NCBI GenBank assembly: GCA_964291265.2
Contig: OZ219746.1
Coordinates: 64,001-128,000 of the forward strand
Length of the DNA stretch: 64,000 nt
Reading direction: 5' to 3'
DNA from: Alphaproteobacteria bacterium
GTDB lineage: Bacteria; Pseudomonadota; Alphaproteobacteria; SP197
Shown here piece by piece: positions 1 through 10,087 of this stretch (the first letter of the stretch is position 1; the number at the start of each line of letters is the position of its first letter). The notes under the pieces were generated by a model. It was not told the DNA's origin and searched no databases. It saw only the letters and a program-made list of their open reading frames with translations. The translations under genes and the position numbers were made by a program.

Positions 1-188
1 CGGGCGACGAGGTCCCCCATGGCGTAGTTGCGCACATGCCCCATGTGAATACGGCCACTGGGGTAGGGAAACATCTCGAGAACATAGGCCTTGGGTCGCT
101 CGTCATCCTCGACGGCGACAAAGGTCTCTCTTTCCTCCCAGACCTGTCTCCAGCGGGTTTCAGCCTCGTGGAAGTCGTAAGTGTCCAT
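1..188 (-). CDS. leuS: Leucyl-tRNA synthetase, N-terminal part (runs off window edge)
   Basis: Manual translation from ATG at 188: [17 protein letters not shown]...[21 protein letters not shown], with the LeuRS HIGH-type motif HMGH. Confidence 0.95.
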   Translation of the reverse strand, partial: MDTYDFHEAETRWRQVWEERETFVAVEDDERPKAYVLEMFPYPSGRIHMGHVRNYAMGDLVA

Positions 189-223
189 CGCTGGCGCCCC
201 CGAAGGGATCGTCCGTCATCCGC

Positions 224-814
224 TCACTCGCCAAGCCAGGCGATGCGCAACAGCCGTGCCTTCGTCAGGATGGCGTTTTCGAGCGCCGTGGCCGTATCGT
301 CCGAGGCGGCCGCGTCCTGCCATCCGTCGGTGCCCTGGACCTGCCGGTTGACGGCAACACGCAGAGCCGAGGCCGTCAGTCTAGTGTCGAGTATGTAGAC
401 CGCTACCTTGAGCCGTTCCTCCGGTGATTCGGGCGGCCTGTACCAGTCGTAGATGATGACGCCGCCGAAGGGATCAGCGGAAAGCGGTGGCAGGAAGGCG
501 AGCGTGTCGAGTGAAGCGCGCCACAGGAAGGCGTTGACGCCAAGCCCCCCGCCCGGACGCTCGCTTGCGCTGCCGGACAACAGCGCGTTGATGCCTCCGC
601 TGCCGAAAATGGTCTCGCGATCGGGATCGTCGATGTCCGGTTCGAAGCGGCCCTGAGGTGTGCTTATGGTATCCTCGACGCCTTCGTAGGAAACATCCTG
701 GCCGCCGCAGGCGGCAAGAAAACCCGCCAGCAGGATGGCGCCGGACGCAGGAAAGCTGAGGTATGCAAGGGGTGTGCGCAAGATCACGACTGTCCTGTCA
801 GGATGGCTGTTCAT
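224..814 (-). CDS. DUF3576-family lipoprotein
   Basis: Lipobox-like FLAAC; VNAFLWRASLDTLAFLPPLSADPFGGVIIYDWY; usual position upstream of leuS in Alphaproteobacteria; start uncertain (ORF extends to 946). Confidence 0.8.
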   Translation of the reverse strand: MNSHPDRTVVILRTPLAYLSFPASGAILLAGFLAACGGQDVSYEGVEDTISTPQGRFEPDIDDPDRETIFGSGGINALLSGSASERPGGGLGVNAFLWRASLDTLAFLPPLSADPFGGVIIYDWYRPPESPEERLKVAVYILDTRLTASALRVAVNRQVQGTDGWQDAAASDDTATALENAILTKARLLRIAWLGE

Positions 815-1242
815 ATCCGTGCAGTCTGTTACGGCGACAGTCGGCGGGCAAGCAGATTCTCGTCGCCTGTCGGCGGCGCCGGGGTCGGCAGGATGCGCCA
901 GGTCGTCCTCCCTCTCGAGGCAGGTGTTCACGGCATGCGCGGGCATGGTCGAACCGCTCCCCGGCGCCGAGTTCCCGTGTGCGGTGCTCCTCGAGGCTGA
1001 AGAGAACGAGGATGTCCTGCATGGCCCCTCGCAGGGCCGCCACCGGCACGACCTTTCCCCGTGCAGTCACCTTCCGGTTGAGGAAGCGGCTCGCGGATTC
1101 ATCGGCCATCCGCGCCGGTTCCGTCTCCGCTCTCCGGTTCCGTGCCCGACGCCTCGATGAGACGCTTGACGGGTATCCGGCATGATGCAGGGCGACCTCC
1201 GGTCCATCTCCCGAACACAACGCGGTACGTCCGGCCGCGGGT

Positions 1243-2244
1243 TCAACCGGCACAGGTCTCCCGGCGTCCCACTCGGTCAGCCATGAGACAGAGCATTTCC
1301 CACATCATCTGCGCACCGTTGAGCGACGTGATGGAGGCGCTGTCAAAGGGAGGCGACACCTCGACGACATCCGCGCCGATGATATCGATGCCCATGAGTC
1401 CGCGCAGCACCTGCTGGGCCTCCCATGTCGTGTAGCCGCCGACTTCAGGCGTGCCTGTCCCCGGTGCGTAGACAGGGTCGAGCCCGTCGACATCGAAACT
1501 GACATAGACCGGACCATCGCCGACGACCTCGCGCGCCCGGGCGATGACGGCCTCGATGCCCATGGCATAGAACTCCTCGATATGAATGACGGTCATGCCG
1601 CTCTCGTAGCTGAAGTCCCAAAGGACTTCCGCCGGCCCGCGGATGCCGATCTGGATGGTGCGTTTCGGGTCGAGGGCCCCGTCCTCCACGGCCACCCTGA
1701 AGGGACCGCCGTGGTGGTGCTTGTGGCCGAACAGTTCGGGGCCGGTGTCGCAATGGGCGTCGAAGTGGATGAGCCCCATCGGTTCACCCAGCGAGTTCTT
1801 CAGTGCCCGCATGATCGGCAGGGTGATGGAGTGATCTCCTCCCGCGGTCAGCGGCATCACGTCGGCCGCTGCCACGCGATCGTAGAACGACTCGATGTCG
1901 CCCATGGCGCGTTCGAGTGCGTAGACCCCCTCGATCATGACATCGCCGATATCGGCGACCCGGGCCGTGTCGAAGGGACGCACGCCGGTCTTGTGGTTGA
2001 TGCGACCCATGAGGGTGGACTGCTCACGCAGGGCCCGGGGACCGTGGCGGGCTCCGGGACGGTTCGTCACGGCCCCGTCGAAGGGGACGCCTGCGATTCC
2101 GATGTCGATGTCGCCCCAGGATTCGGGATTCTCGCGCAACTCCTGGCGCATGAACGTCGCCACGCCTGCATAGCGGTGGCGGAACACCGCTCCCCAGGCA
2201 AGCTTGCGCGCCTCGGGTACTCCATTGTCCGTGGTGTCACTCAT
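1243..2244 (-). CDS. speB: Agmatinase / ureohydrolase family protein
   Basis: GGDHS, DAHCD, SFDVDGLDP and APGTGTP Mn-binding motifs; exact substrate not certain. Confidence 0.85.
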   Translation of the reverse strand: MSDTTDNGVPEARKLAWGAVFRHRYAGVATFMRQELRENPESWGDIDIGIAGVPFDGAVTNRPGARHGPRALREQSTLMGRINHKTGVRPFDTARVADIGDVMIEGVYALERAMGDIESFYDRVAAADVMPLTAGGDHSITLPIMRALKNSLGEPMGLIHFDAHCDTGPELFGHKHHHGGPFRVAVEDGALDPKRTIQIGIRGPAEVLWDFSYESGMTVIHIEEFYAMGIEAVIARAREVVGDGPVYVSFDVDGLDPVYAPGTGTPEVGGYTTWEAQQVLRGLMGIDIIGADVVEVSPPFDSASITSLNGAQMMWEMLCLMADRVGRRETCAG

Positions 2245-2319
2245 GACTGTCTTCCCGTTTCACGGTTTCCGTCATACTATCGGCGGGAATCGGGCCTGTC
2301 GCCATCGATCAATCGCCGT

Positions 2320-2791
2320 GGTGATCCTCATTCCGCACGACACTGCCATACCCCGACTGGGACGGCGCCTGCCCGGAGTCGTCTACCAGGAGCGGGCGAG
2401 CGTCTACGGGTTGGCATCGGACCGCGAAGGACGAATCCTTGCCTGCCGTCGGGGCGGAAACCGGGTGGTGCTTCCCGGGGGCGGCCTTGAGGAAGCCGAG
2501 AGCGAAGGGGAGGCACTCCGGCGGGAAGTCGCGGAAGAGACGGGTTACCGCGTTCTCGCTGCCCGTTCGCTGTGCCGGGCCTGGCAGTATCACAACAACC
2601 GCCATGCCAAGCCGCCGGCCAGGAAGCACTGCCACTTCTTCATCATGGACATTGCCTGCATAAGGTCGTCCCCGGTGGAAGCCGATCATGTCCCGGTCTG
2701 GCTCGATCCCGAAGAACTGTCCGCGACGCTGACCTTCGAGAGTCATCGCTGGGCCGTCACGGTGCTCCGCAGCCTGCCCCCCGTCCTGTAA
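2320..2791 (+). CDS. NUDIX hydrolase
   Basis: Nudix box GGGLEEAESEGEALRREVAEETG; start uncertain. Confidence 0.8.
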
Positions 2792-3409
2792 GCGTTCGGT
2801 CATGCAGTGATGGCTGGTGCGGCTCCGGTCTCTCTCAACGATCTGCCGACAGACAAGAGGCTGATCAAACGGTCCGCCGCACCTGCGGTGCCAATCAACT
2901 GATACAACATGCCCGATTCCTCTCGTTTCGGCTTGTCGTCTCCCCGATGTCACAGAACACCGAAGGAACCATGGCGACAACGCACCTCATCCAGCACCGG
3001 GTCGACGCGCTCAAGCGGGGGAAGGTCATCTCTGGATGGGGTGCGATACCGAACTGAAGGGCCTTGGCATCCGCATCATGCCCTCGGGCACGAGGCGCCG
3101 CTTCATTCACTCCCGGCACGAGGGCTAAGAGGATCTGGAAGACCTTCGACGATGCCGGCGCCGTGCAGGAACGGCAACCTGGCGGGCCTGTTGGATCGAG
3201 AGGGACGCACTCTTCGAGGCCGGCGCACGGGAAGTCCACCACGAACAGCTCTGGAAGCCTCGTACCCTCGAGGTCAACCGGCACCATCTTCGCAGACAGA
3301 TCCTGCCCTTCTTCGCTGGCCGCATGATCAGCGCCATGCAAGGCAGAACGTCGCAGCATGGTTCCGTTCTCTCCATGCAACACCGGTGGCGGCAAACCGA
3401 TCTGCGCCG

Positions 3410-5774
3410 GTAACTGCTCACCCCCCGCTGATCATGGATCGTTTCCTGGCGGCGTTCGGGTCCGGGCATCTTCTCTTGTCACCATCACTCGCCGAGCGTC
3501 GGGTGCCGGTTGGCAGGAACCGGTCCGGTCTTCGGCCCTTTCCGGCCCGTGGCGACAGGGCCGAACGGCTCACGGCTCAAGATGCCTTCCGGCCTCCGGC
3601 ACCGTTCCGCGGCATGGGCGTCCAGCTGAACGGCCCCGGAGTCATGTTCTCCCCGGTCGTATCCGGCCCTTGCTCATGGACAGGCAGGCGGATAGTTTGT
3701 CCGTGCGTTCGTCGCGGCCGTTCCGGGACATTCGGGGCCACGACAGGGAAGGTTCTCCGCACCCCACCCGGCCGCGGTTTCCGGCGCCGCGAAGGGAGAG
3801 ATCAATGACCCGCCGCCGTCTTCCGATCGGGATCCAGGGCTTTCCGACGATCCGGAACGAGGACTTCTACTATGTCGACAAGACATCGCTGGTCCGGCGG
3901 CTGGTGGACGAGGGGCGCCATTACTTCCTGTCCCGTCCGCGCCGCTTCGGCAAGAGCCTGCTGCTCGACACCCTGCGATCGCTGTTTGCCTGCCGCGAAC
4001 CCCTGTTCAGGGGACTGGCCATCCACCCCCACTGGGACTGGTCAACGCCCCATCCGGTGGTGCGGCTGAGCTTCGGCGGGAAATACAACGAACCCGGCGA
4101 GATCGAAGAGGACATCATCGTGCAACTGGACGGCGTGGAGCGCGAGCACGGTCTCCCGCCTGCCCGGATCTCCTATACCGGCCCGAGACGTCTGCGGGAC
4201 CTTCTCGACCGCCTGCACGACGCCACTGGCCGACAGGTCGTGGTGCTGGTGGACGAGTACGACAAGCCGATCCTCGACGCGCTCCACGATCCGGAGCTTG
4301 CGACGACCAACCGGGACTACCTGCGCGGCTTCTACGGCATCGTCAAGGACAGCGACGAGCATGTCCGCTTCGTCTTCGTCACCGGTGTCAGCATGTTCTC
4401 GAAGGTCAGCCTGTTCTCGGGACTCAACAATCTGAAGGACATCAGCCTCGATCCGCGCTTTGGCACGATCTGCGGCTACCGCGAGGAGGACCTGGACCGT
4501 GTGTTCGGCCCCGAAATGGCCGGGCTGGACCGCGAGGAGATCCGCACCTGGTACAACGGTTACCACTGGCGAGGCGGGGAGCGGGTCTACAATCCCTATG
4601 ACGTGCTCCTGCTGCTCGACAGTCGCGAGTTCCGCCCCTACTGGTTCGAGACGGGATCTGCGAATTTCCTGTTCCGGATGCTGATGGAGAAGTCGGTGAG
4701 TCCGATGGAACTGGAGGGGCGGCTGGCGGACACGTCGCTGGTCTCGAAGTTCGATGTCGGCGACATCGACATCGAGGCGCTGCTCTTCCAGACCGGCTAC
4801 CTGACCATCGCCGGGGAGGAAAGGCAGGACCACAGGACCCTCTACCGTCTGGACTATCCCAACCTCGAGGTCCGGATCAGCCTCAATGACGGACTGCTTG
4901 CCTGGCTGGGCAAGAAGGGGGGCGAGCCACTGGAGCGGGGCCGCGAGTTCTGCGCACTGCTGGAGGCGAACGACTTCGCGAGCTTCGGCGAGAAGCTCCG
5001 CGCCTGGCTCGCGGGCATACCCTATCAGTGGCATGCCAGGGGCGACCTGGCGCGCTACGAGGCCTGGTATGCGAGCCTTCTCTACATGTGCCTGCGTGCG
5101 GCCGGGGTGGGCTTGAGCGTGGAGGAGGCCTCGCATCGCGGCCGTGCGGACATGGTGGTGCGTCTCGGCGGGCAGATCTTCGTGCTGGAGTTCAAGATGG
5201 CCGACGGCGAGGAGGACGGCGCCGCCGCGCTGGATGCGGCCATGACGCAGATGCGCCAGCGAGGCTATGCGGAGACCTACCGCGACCACGACGGCTCGGT
5301 TCACCTGATCGGCGTGGCCTGCGGGCGCGAGGCGCGCAACCTCCTCGATATCCGCGCCGAGACCGCATGAACTCAGAGCCATGCAGGAATCCGGATGCGT
5401 CGACGGAACTCGACCGCGCCGACCGATCAAGAAGCCGGTGCTCCGTTGAGACCCCCGTTCGTCCAACGAATTGCCGACGCCGGTGATCCGTGCGGCGACC
5501 GTCCGGACCCTTTCAAGGAGACACGACGGACGATTCCCGGCTCGAACGCATGAGCAGCCGACGGAACCGGCACCGTCGGCTGAGGGTTTCGGGACCGCGC
5601 TGCAGACCATCACGCCACGGGACAACAAGGGGCCTGAAGACCGGACCGGTTCTTGCCAACCGGGGCCCGCACATCCGGTTCCCGGCAACGGACCCGTGAA
5701 GGTGACGAAAGAAGGTGCCTGACCCGAACGTCCTCGAGAAAAGGCGATCAAGGATCACCCGGGTGAGCAGTTAC
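3410..5774. mobile_element. Non-autonomous IS66-ended cargo cassette carrying an AAA-ATPase/nuclease gene
   Basis: Terminal IRs GTAACTGCTCACCC (3410) and GGGTGAGCAGTTAC (5761-5774); 8-bp TSD CTGCGCCG at 3402-3409 and 5775-5782; no transposase inside. Confidence 0.9.
3805..5370 (+). CDS. AAA-ATPase-like domain plus C-terminal PD-(D/E)XK nuclease (copy 1)
   Basis: LPIGIQ..YYVDKT; Walker A RPRRFGKS; Walker B VLVDEYDKP; nuclease motif GRADMVV...VLEFK; RBS GGGAGAG before ATG 3805. Confidence 0.9.
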   Translation: MTRRRLPIGIQGFPTIRNEDFYYVDKTSLVRRLVDEGRHYFLSRPRRFGKSLLLDTLRSLFACREPLFRGLAIHPHWDWSTPHPVVRLSFGGKYNEPGEIEEDIIVQLDGVEREHGLPPARISYTGPRRLRDLLDRLHDATGRQVVVLVDEYDKPILDALHDPELATTNRDYLRGFYGIVKDSDEHVRFVFVTGVSMFSKVSLFSGLNNLKDISLDPRFGTICGYREEDLDRVFGPEMAGLDREEIRTWYNGYHWRGGERVYNPYDVLLLLDSREFRPYWFETGSANFLFRMLMEKSVSPMELEGRLADTSLVSKFDVGDIDIEALLFQTGYLTIAGEERQDHRTLYRLDYPNLEVRISLNDGLLAWLGKKGGEPLERGREFCALLEANDFASFGEKLRAWLAGIPYQWHARGDLARYEAWYASLLYMCLRAAGVGLSVEEASHRGRADMVVRLGGQIFVLEFKMADGEEDGAAALDAAMTQMRQRGYAETYRDHDGSVHLIGVACGREARNLLDIRAETA

Positions 5775-6085
5775 CTGCGCCGGTCCTTTTCCTCACCATG
5801 CAGAAGGCCGAAGAACAGCAGCCACTGCTTCGGCTCGCTGCCGCTACCGCGAGACCAGGCGCGAACGGTTCCTCCTGCCGGAGGAGTTCCGCAGTCTTGC
5901 AGCGGTCCTGGCACGCCACCAGGCAAGGCGTCCCCTGCACACGGTCCTCTCTCGTTCATGATCGAGGCCATGGGTGCTTTCGACGAGCCGCGCGGAGCGA
6001 CGCAGCAGCTGACGGGAGGTGGCGACCGGCCTGTGTCTGGCGCCAGCGGCCTTGTCATGCGAGGCGACTGACTGGCGGTCGCTCC

Positions 6086-6280
6086 ATGAGGCCCAAGCGG
6101 GTCCGTGCGGATGCGGCCGAAGCGCGTATGCGGGAGCTGCGCTGTGCGGAGATGGACGCCCGTACGGGCCCATTCAAGGTCCATCTCGACCGCACCCGCG
6201 GCCATCTCGAGGCGGCTCGTGCGGAGGTGAGGGCGGTTCGCCGGGAGGCGAAGTTTCCCTCACCGCAAGTCTCGCGGCCG
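6086..6280 (+). pseudogene. Possible coiled-coil N-terminal fragment of a transposase
   Basis: KRVRADAAEARMRELRCAEMDART...LEAARAEVRAVRREAK resembles, from memory, the N-termini of some IS66-type transposases. Confidence 0.3.
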
Positions 6281-6302
6281 CGGTCCGGTCCGATCTCCTC
6301 CG

Positions 6303-9300
6303 CTACCAGGTCAGGGTCGCACGGAACATCAGTTCATGCTCGGGACTGCCCTCAGCGTCCCGTTCTCGGCGCAGGGTTTCCAAGCCCAGCACCATCGATG
6401 ACCCGAGTTCCAGACGCACCCCGGCCCGGTAGTTTCTCCCGCGATCTTCCGACAGCACGAACCCGGCATAGGGGGTCAGGAGGCCCTGTCCGTTCAGGGC
6501 CGGAAGTCCGTAGCCGACTTCCGTCACCAGATGCGGCGCTGCCGCATGCCGGTTCCGAGAACCGTCGTTCGCCCCCGTCGGCGGCAACGCCGTCCATCGG
6601 GACGGTCCGCCACCGCCGTCGACCACGCCCAGTCCCGGTGCGAGGCTCAATGACAGACCGTGCCCGTTGCCACCGGCACCCTTCCGGATCAGGCCCCCGA
6701 AGCCCCATTCTTCGGTCTCGCCGCTGTGGCCGGCCAGCGTCCGCCCGCGAATCTCCAGTGTCAGATCAAGGGCCGTATCGAGATAGCCCAACGCACCTGC
6801 GATCTCCAGGCCGGTCCCTGTTCCGCCGTCGCCGCCGTCGCTGCGGAACGCCACTTGCAGAGACGGCGTCAGGACCGTGTTCTCCGTGATCGTGTGCACA
6901 TGTCCTGCTTCCAGCGAAACCCGCAACAACTCCACATCGGAACGAATCGAAGCGAGAGATCCCGAACCTTCGATCTCGGCCCGGGCCAGTGCGCCGTCGG
7001 CCCCCATGTCGACCGTGGTTCGGCCGCCCTTGATCAGGCTGTCGCTTGCATACAGCTCCCCCTGGATGCCGGCCGCCACGGAAGTCTGGGTCAGGTCCCC
7101 GGACTGCGTGCCTTCGTGATTGTCCCTTATCTCGACATCGCCGGTGCCGTATCCGGCCATGGCCCAGAGCTCGACGCCCGACGACAGCGTCACCCCTGCA
7201 TACGGGTGGACACCGACCTGGTCCGTCTCGTAGGTCCCGGAATGCGCCGTCGCGCCCGAGCCCTCCTCATAGTCGAAACTGCCTCTCGACAGCGACAGCG
7301 ACAAGCCCGCAATCGTGTTGCGGCGAATCCGCATGTCGGCCCCGAGGTGGCCGCTCGTCATCCTGCCGTCCCACGAGACGCCGTTGCTCGTGCCCGACAA
7401 CTCGCGCCAGTCGCCACTGCCCCAGAACACCGCGCCACCCGGCACGGCCGAAGCATCGCCTCCCTCCGCGTTGAGCGGAAGTGCGAACGAGGAACCTGCC
7501 AGCATGCGGGCGGCCTCGAATCCGTCGTTCGCGAATTGCGGTCCGTGCATGTCCATCGCCTGCAGCCATCGGCTTGCCATTCCGGCATCGGACGTCTCCA
7601 TCTCCGATGGACCGGCGAGACCGGCGCCGATCCGGGCGCGGACCGCGTCCACGGTGCTCGCCAGGGTCACCCGCGTGGATTCCGACAGAAGCGTCTTGGC
7701 GATCTTGGCGATCTTACCGTTCGCGCCGTCGGGCGGGTAGACGCCCGGGTCGCTGCGCCCGAGCAGCGCCTGACCCACCTTGTCCACGTGCGCCTTCTGC
7801 ATGTCGCCCAGGATCTTCGCCGCGCCCGACCCCGGATAGTGCGCACAGTACGCGCTCGACGGGTCCGCCGTGTCGCCGTCCCCCGCCGCGATCCGCATCT
7901 TGCGGCAGTCGAGCGACTCCCACCACGCCCCGACGCTCGTGAAGCCGCCATCCCCGTAGATCAGGGCCGCCGCCGCATCCACCAGGCGTTTCGTCTCCGC
8001 ATCCAGGTCGGCATACATCTTCTTCGCCGCCGTCTCCTGCGCCGGTGTCGTATCGTCACCGTGCAGCGCCGCCACCATCTGCTCCGCCGTCAGCACGTTC
8101 CACCAGCGCATCGCCATCGCGTTGTCGGACGGGTAGACGCCCGGGTCGCTTCGCCCGAGCAGCGCCTGGCCCACCTTGTCCACGTGCGCCTTCTGCATGT
8201 CGCCCAGGATCTTCGCCGCGCCCGACCCCGGATAGTGCGCACAGTACGCGCTCGACGGGTCCGCCGTGTCGCCGTCCCCCGCCGCGATCCGCATCTTGCG
8301 GCAGTCGAGCGACTCCCACCACGCCCCGACGCTCGTGAAGCCGCCATCCCCGTAGATCAGGGCCGCCGCCGCATTGACCAGGCGTTTCGTCTCCGCATCC
8401 AGGTCGGCATACATCTTCTTCGCCGCCGTCTCCTGCGTCGGTGTCGCATCGTCACCGTGCAGCGCCGCCACCATCTGCTCCGCCGTCAGCACGTTCCACC
8501 AGCGCATCGCCATCGCGTTGTCGGACGGGTAGACGCCCGGGTCGCTGCGCCCGAGCAGCGCCTGGCCCACCTTGTCCACGTGCGCCTTCTGCATGTCGCC
8601 CAGGATCTTCGCCGCGCCCGACCCCGGATAGTGCGCACAGTACGCGCTCGACGGGTCCGCCGTGTCGCCGTCCCCCGCCGCGATCCGCATCTTGCGGCAG
8701 TCGAGCGACTCCCACCACGCCCCGACGCTCGTGAAGCCGCCATCCCCGTAGATCAGGGTCGCCGCCGCATTGACTAGGCGTTTCGTCTCCGCATCCAGGT
8801 CGGCATACATCTTCTTCGCCGCCGTCTCCTGCGCCGGCGTCGCATCGTCACCGTGCAGCGCCGCCACCATCTGCTCCGCCGTCAGCACGTTCCACCAGCG
8901 CATCGCCATCGCGTTGTCGGACGGGTAGACGCCCGGGTCGCTTCGCCCGAGCAGCGCCTGGCCCACCTTGTCCACGTGCGCCTTCTGCATGTCGCCCAGG
9001 ATCTTCGCCGCGCCCGACCCCGGATAGTGCGCACAGTACGCGCTCGACGGGTCCGCCGTGTCGCCGTCCCCCGCCGCGATCCGCATCTTGCGGCAGTCGA
9101 GCGACTCCCACCACGCCCCGACGCTCGTGAAGCCGCCGTCCCCGTAGATCAGGGTCGCCGCCGCATTGACTAGGCGTTTCGTCTCCGCATCCAGGTCGGC
9201 ATACATCTTCTTCGCCGCCGTCTCCTGCGCCGGCGTCGCATCGTCACCGTGCAGCGCCGCCACCATCTGCTCCGCCGTCAGCACGTTCCACCAGCGCATC

Positions 9301-9482
9301 GCCTTCGGATCATCCAGCGTCTGCGCGTTCGCCGCGGCCGACCAGGTCAGGACCAGAGGAACCACGAGCCCGGCCAGCGCCGCACCGATGCCCGGGCGGA
9401 TCCCGGCGAGGCCGCTCCTCCGGGCGCACGACTCACGTCGGGGGTGATGGGTATCGGCTCGAGTTGAGGCAACGTTCGTCAT
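6303..9482 (-). CDS. Autotransporter (type V) with a tandem-repeat passenger domain
   Basis: Signal peptide ending AANA|Q; four 132-aa repeats; C-terminal beta-barrel (FWGSGDWRELSG, HPYAG, LTPSLQVAFRSDGGDG, LTPYAG) ending in W. Confidence 0.85.
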   Translation of the reverse strand: MTNVASTRADTHHPRRESCARRSGLAGIRPGIGAALAGLVVPLVLTWSAAANAQTLDDPKAMRWWNVLTAEQMVAALHGDDATPAQETAAKKMYADLDAETKRLVNAAATLIYGDGGFTSVGAWWESLDCRKMRIAAGDGDTADPSSAYCAHYPGSGAAKILGDMQKAHVDKVGQALLGRSDPGVYPSDNAMAMRWWNVLTAEQMVAALHGDDATPAQETAAKKMYADLDAETKRLVNAAATLIYGDGGFTSVGAWWESLDCRKMRIAAGDGDTADPSSAYCAHYPGSGAAKILGDMQKAHVDKVGQALLGRSDPGVYPSDNAMAMRWWNVLTAEQMVAALHGDDATPTQETAAKKMYADLDAETKRLVNAAAALIYGDGGFTSVGAWWESLDCRKMRIAAGDGDTADPSSAYCAHYPGSGAAKILGDMQKAHVDKVGQALLGRSDPGVYPSDNAMAMRWWNVLTAEQMVAALHGDDTTPAQETAAKKMYADLDAETKRLVDAAAALIYGDGGFTSVGAWWESLDCRKMRIAAGDGDTADPSSAYCAHYPGSGAAKILGDMQKAHVDKVGQALLGRSDPGVYPPDGANGKIAKIAKTLLSESTRVTLASTVDAVRARIGAGLAGPSEMETSDAGMASRWLQAMDMHGPQFANDGFEAARMLAGSSFALPLNAEGGDASAVPGGAVFWGSGDWRELSGTSNGVSWDGRMTSGHLGADMRIRRNTIAGLSLSLSRGSFDYEEGSGATAHSGTYETDQVGVHPYAGVTLSSGVELWAMAGYGTGDVEIRDNHEGTQSGDLTQTSVAAGIQGELYASDSLIKGGRTTVDMGADGALARAEIEGSGSLASIRSDVELLRVSLEAGHVHTITENTVLTPSLQVAFRSDGGDGGTGTGLEIAGALGYLDTALDLTLEIRGRTLAGHSGETEEWGFGGLIRKGAGGNGHGLSLSLAPGLGVVDGGGGPSRWTALPPTGANDGSRNRHAAAPHLVTEVGYGLPALNGQGLLTPYAGFVLSEDRGRNYRAGVRLELGSSMVLGLETLRRERDAEGSPEHELMFRATLTW
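7734..9302 (-). repeat. Four tandem near-identical 396-bp (132-aa) coding repeats
   Basis: Period 396 bp; unit AMRWWNVLTAEQM...GVYPSDNAM; only a few SNPs between copies; fourth copy ends at GVYP. Confidence 0.97.
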
Positions 9483-10087
9483 CCTGATGGTCCTCTGGAT
9501 TGCTCACTGCATGTCTGGGACGCCGCAATCCGGCACACCGGGCGGCGACGATCAGGAACCATGCGATCGTCGCAAAAGCGATGTCAACACTCCCCGCCCG
9601 CCGGAACCCGGGCTCCTTCCACGGCGTTGAGCGGCAATCCGGCGCAAGCGGTCGAGCCCGGTGCAGGCCGCCGATGCCGCAACCCATTCCGCCGCCGGGC
9701 CCACTGCTCGACCGGAACATCGCCGGGCTTGCCGCCCGGCCTGTCCCGCCCGGAACCCGTTCGCGGCAACCGGCATCGCCACAACACACGCGGTATTGTG
9801 CGCACCGCGCGGCGGCGGGAATTCGCGGCGACGCCGTCACCCGGCCGCGCCGAAACCGGGTCAGCGGAACTGCAGCGCTCCGCAAGCCCCGCATACTTCG
9901 CCGGTGCGCAGTCCGGCGCGGCGATTGACGTTCGGAGCCCTGAGATGTCCGCGACCGTTTCGACCAGGGCCTCGACCGCCGCGTGTCATGCCATGAGGCA
10001 CCCCTATGGGGCAAGCGTTCGCTCACGCGGTGATCGGGGCCATGCGTGGTTGTCGCCGTCCCCCTTCGAGCGAACGCTTGCCTTCGC

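Larger units (their letters stand above)
2971..5820 (+). pseudogene. Tyrosine integrase remnant (arm-binding and core-binding parts), split by the cassette at 3410-5774
   Basis: RBS plus ATG at 2971. Frameshifted pieces: MATTHLIQHRVDALK, RDTELKGLGIRIMPSG, WKPRTLEVNRHHLRRQILPFFAGR, VAAWFRSLHATPVAANRSAP. Continues after the TSD as VLFLTMQKAEEQ. No catalytic domain seen. Confidence 0.7.

Noticed and set aside
798-1253. ORFs between DUF3576 and the agmatinase
   Set aside because: No recognisable motif; several overlapping frames are equally unconvincing
2792-2970. att-site duplicate of the tRNA-Arg 3' end at the left island border
   Set aside because: No match to TGGCGCACCCGGCAGG found by eye
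3358-3804. N-terminal extension of the 670-aa ORF
   Set aside because: It crosses the cassette end; the paralog and the RBS place the start at 3805
7734-9302. Tandem repeats as a CRISPR array
   Set aside because: Units are 396-bp in-frame coding repeats with no spacers; no cas genes or short repeat-spacer pattern seen anywhere in the window
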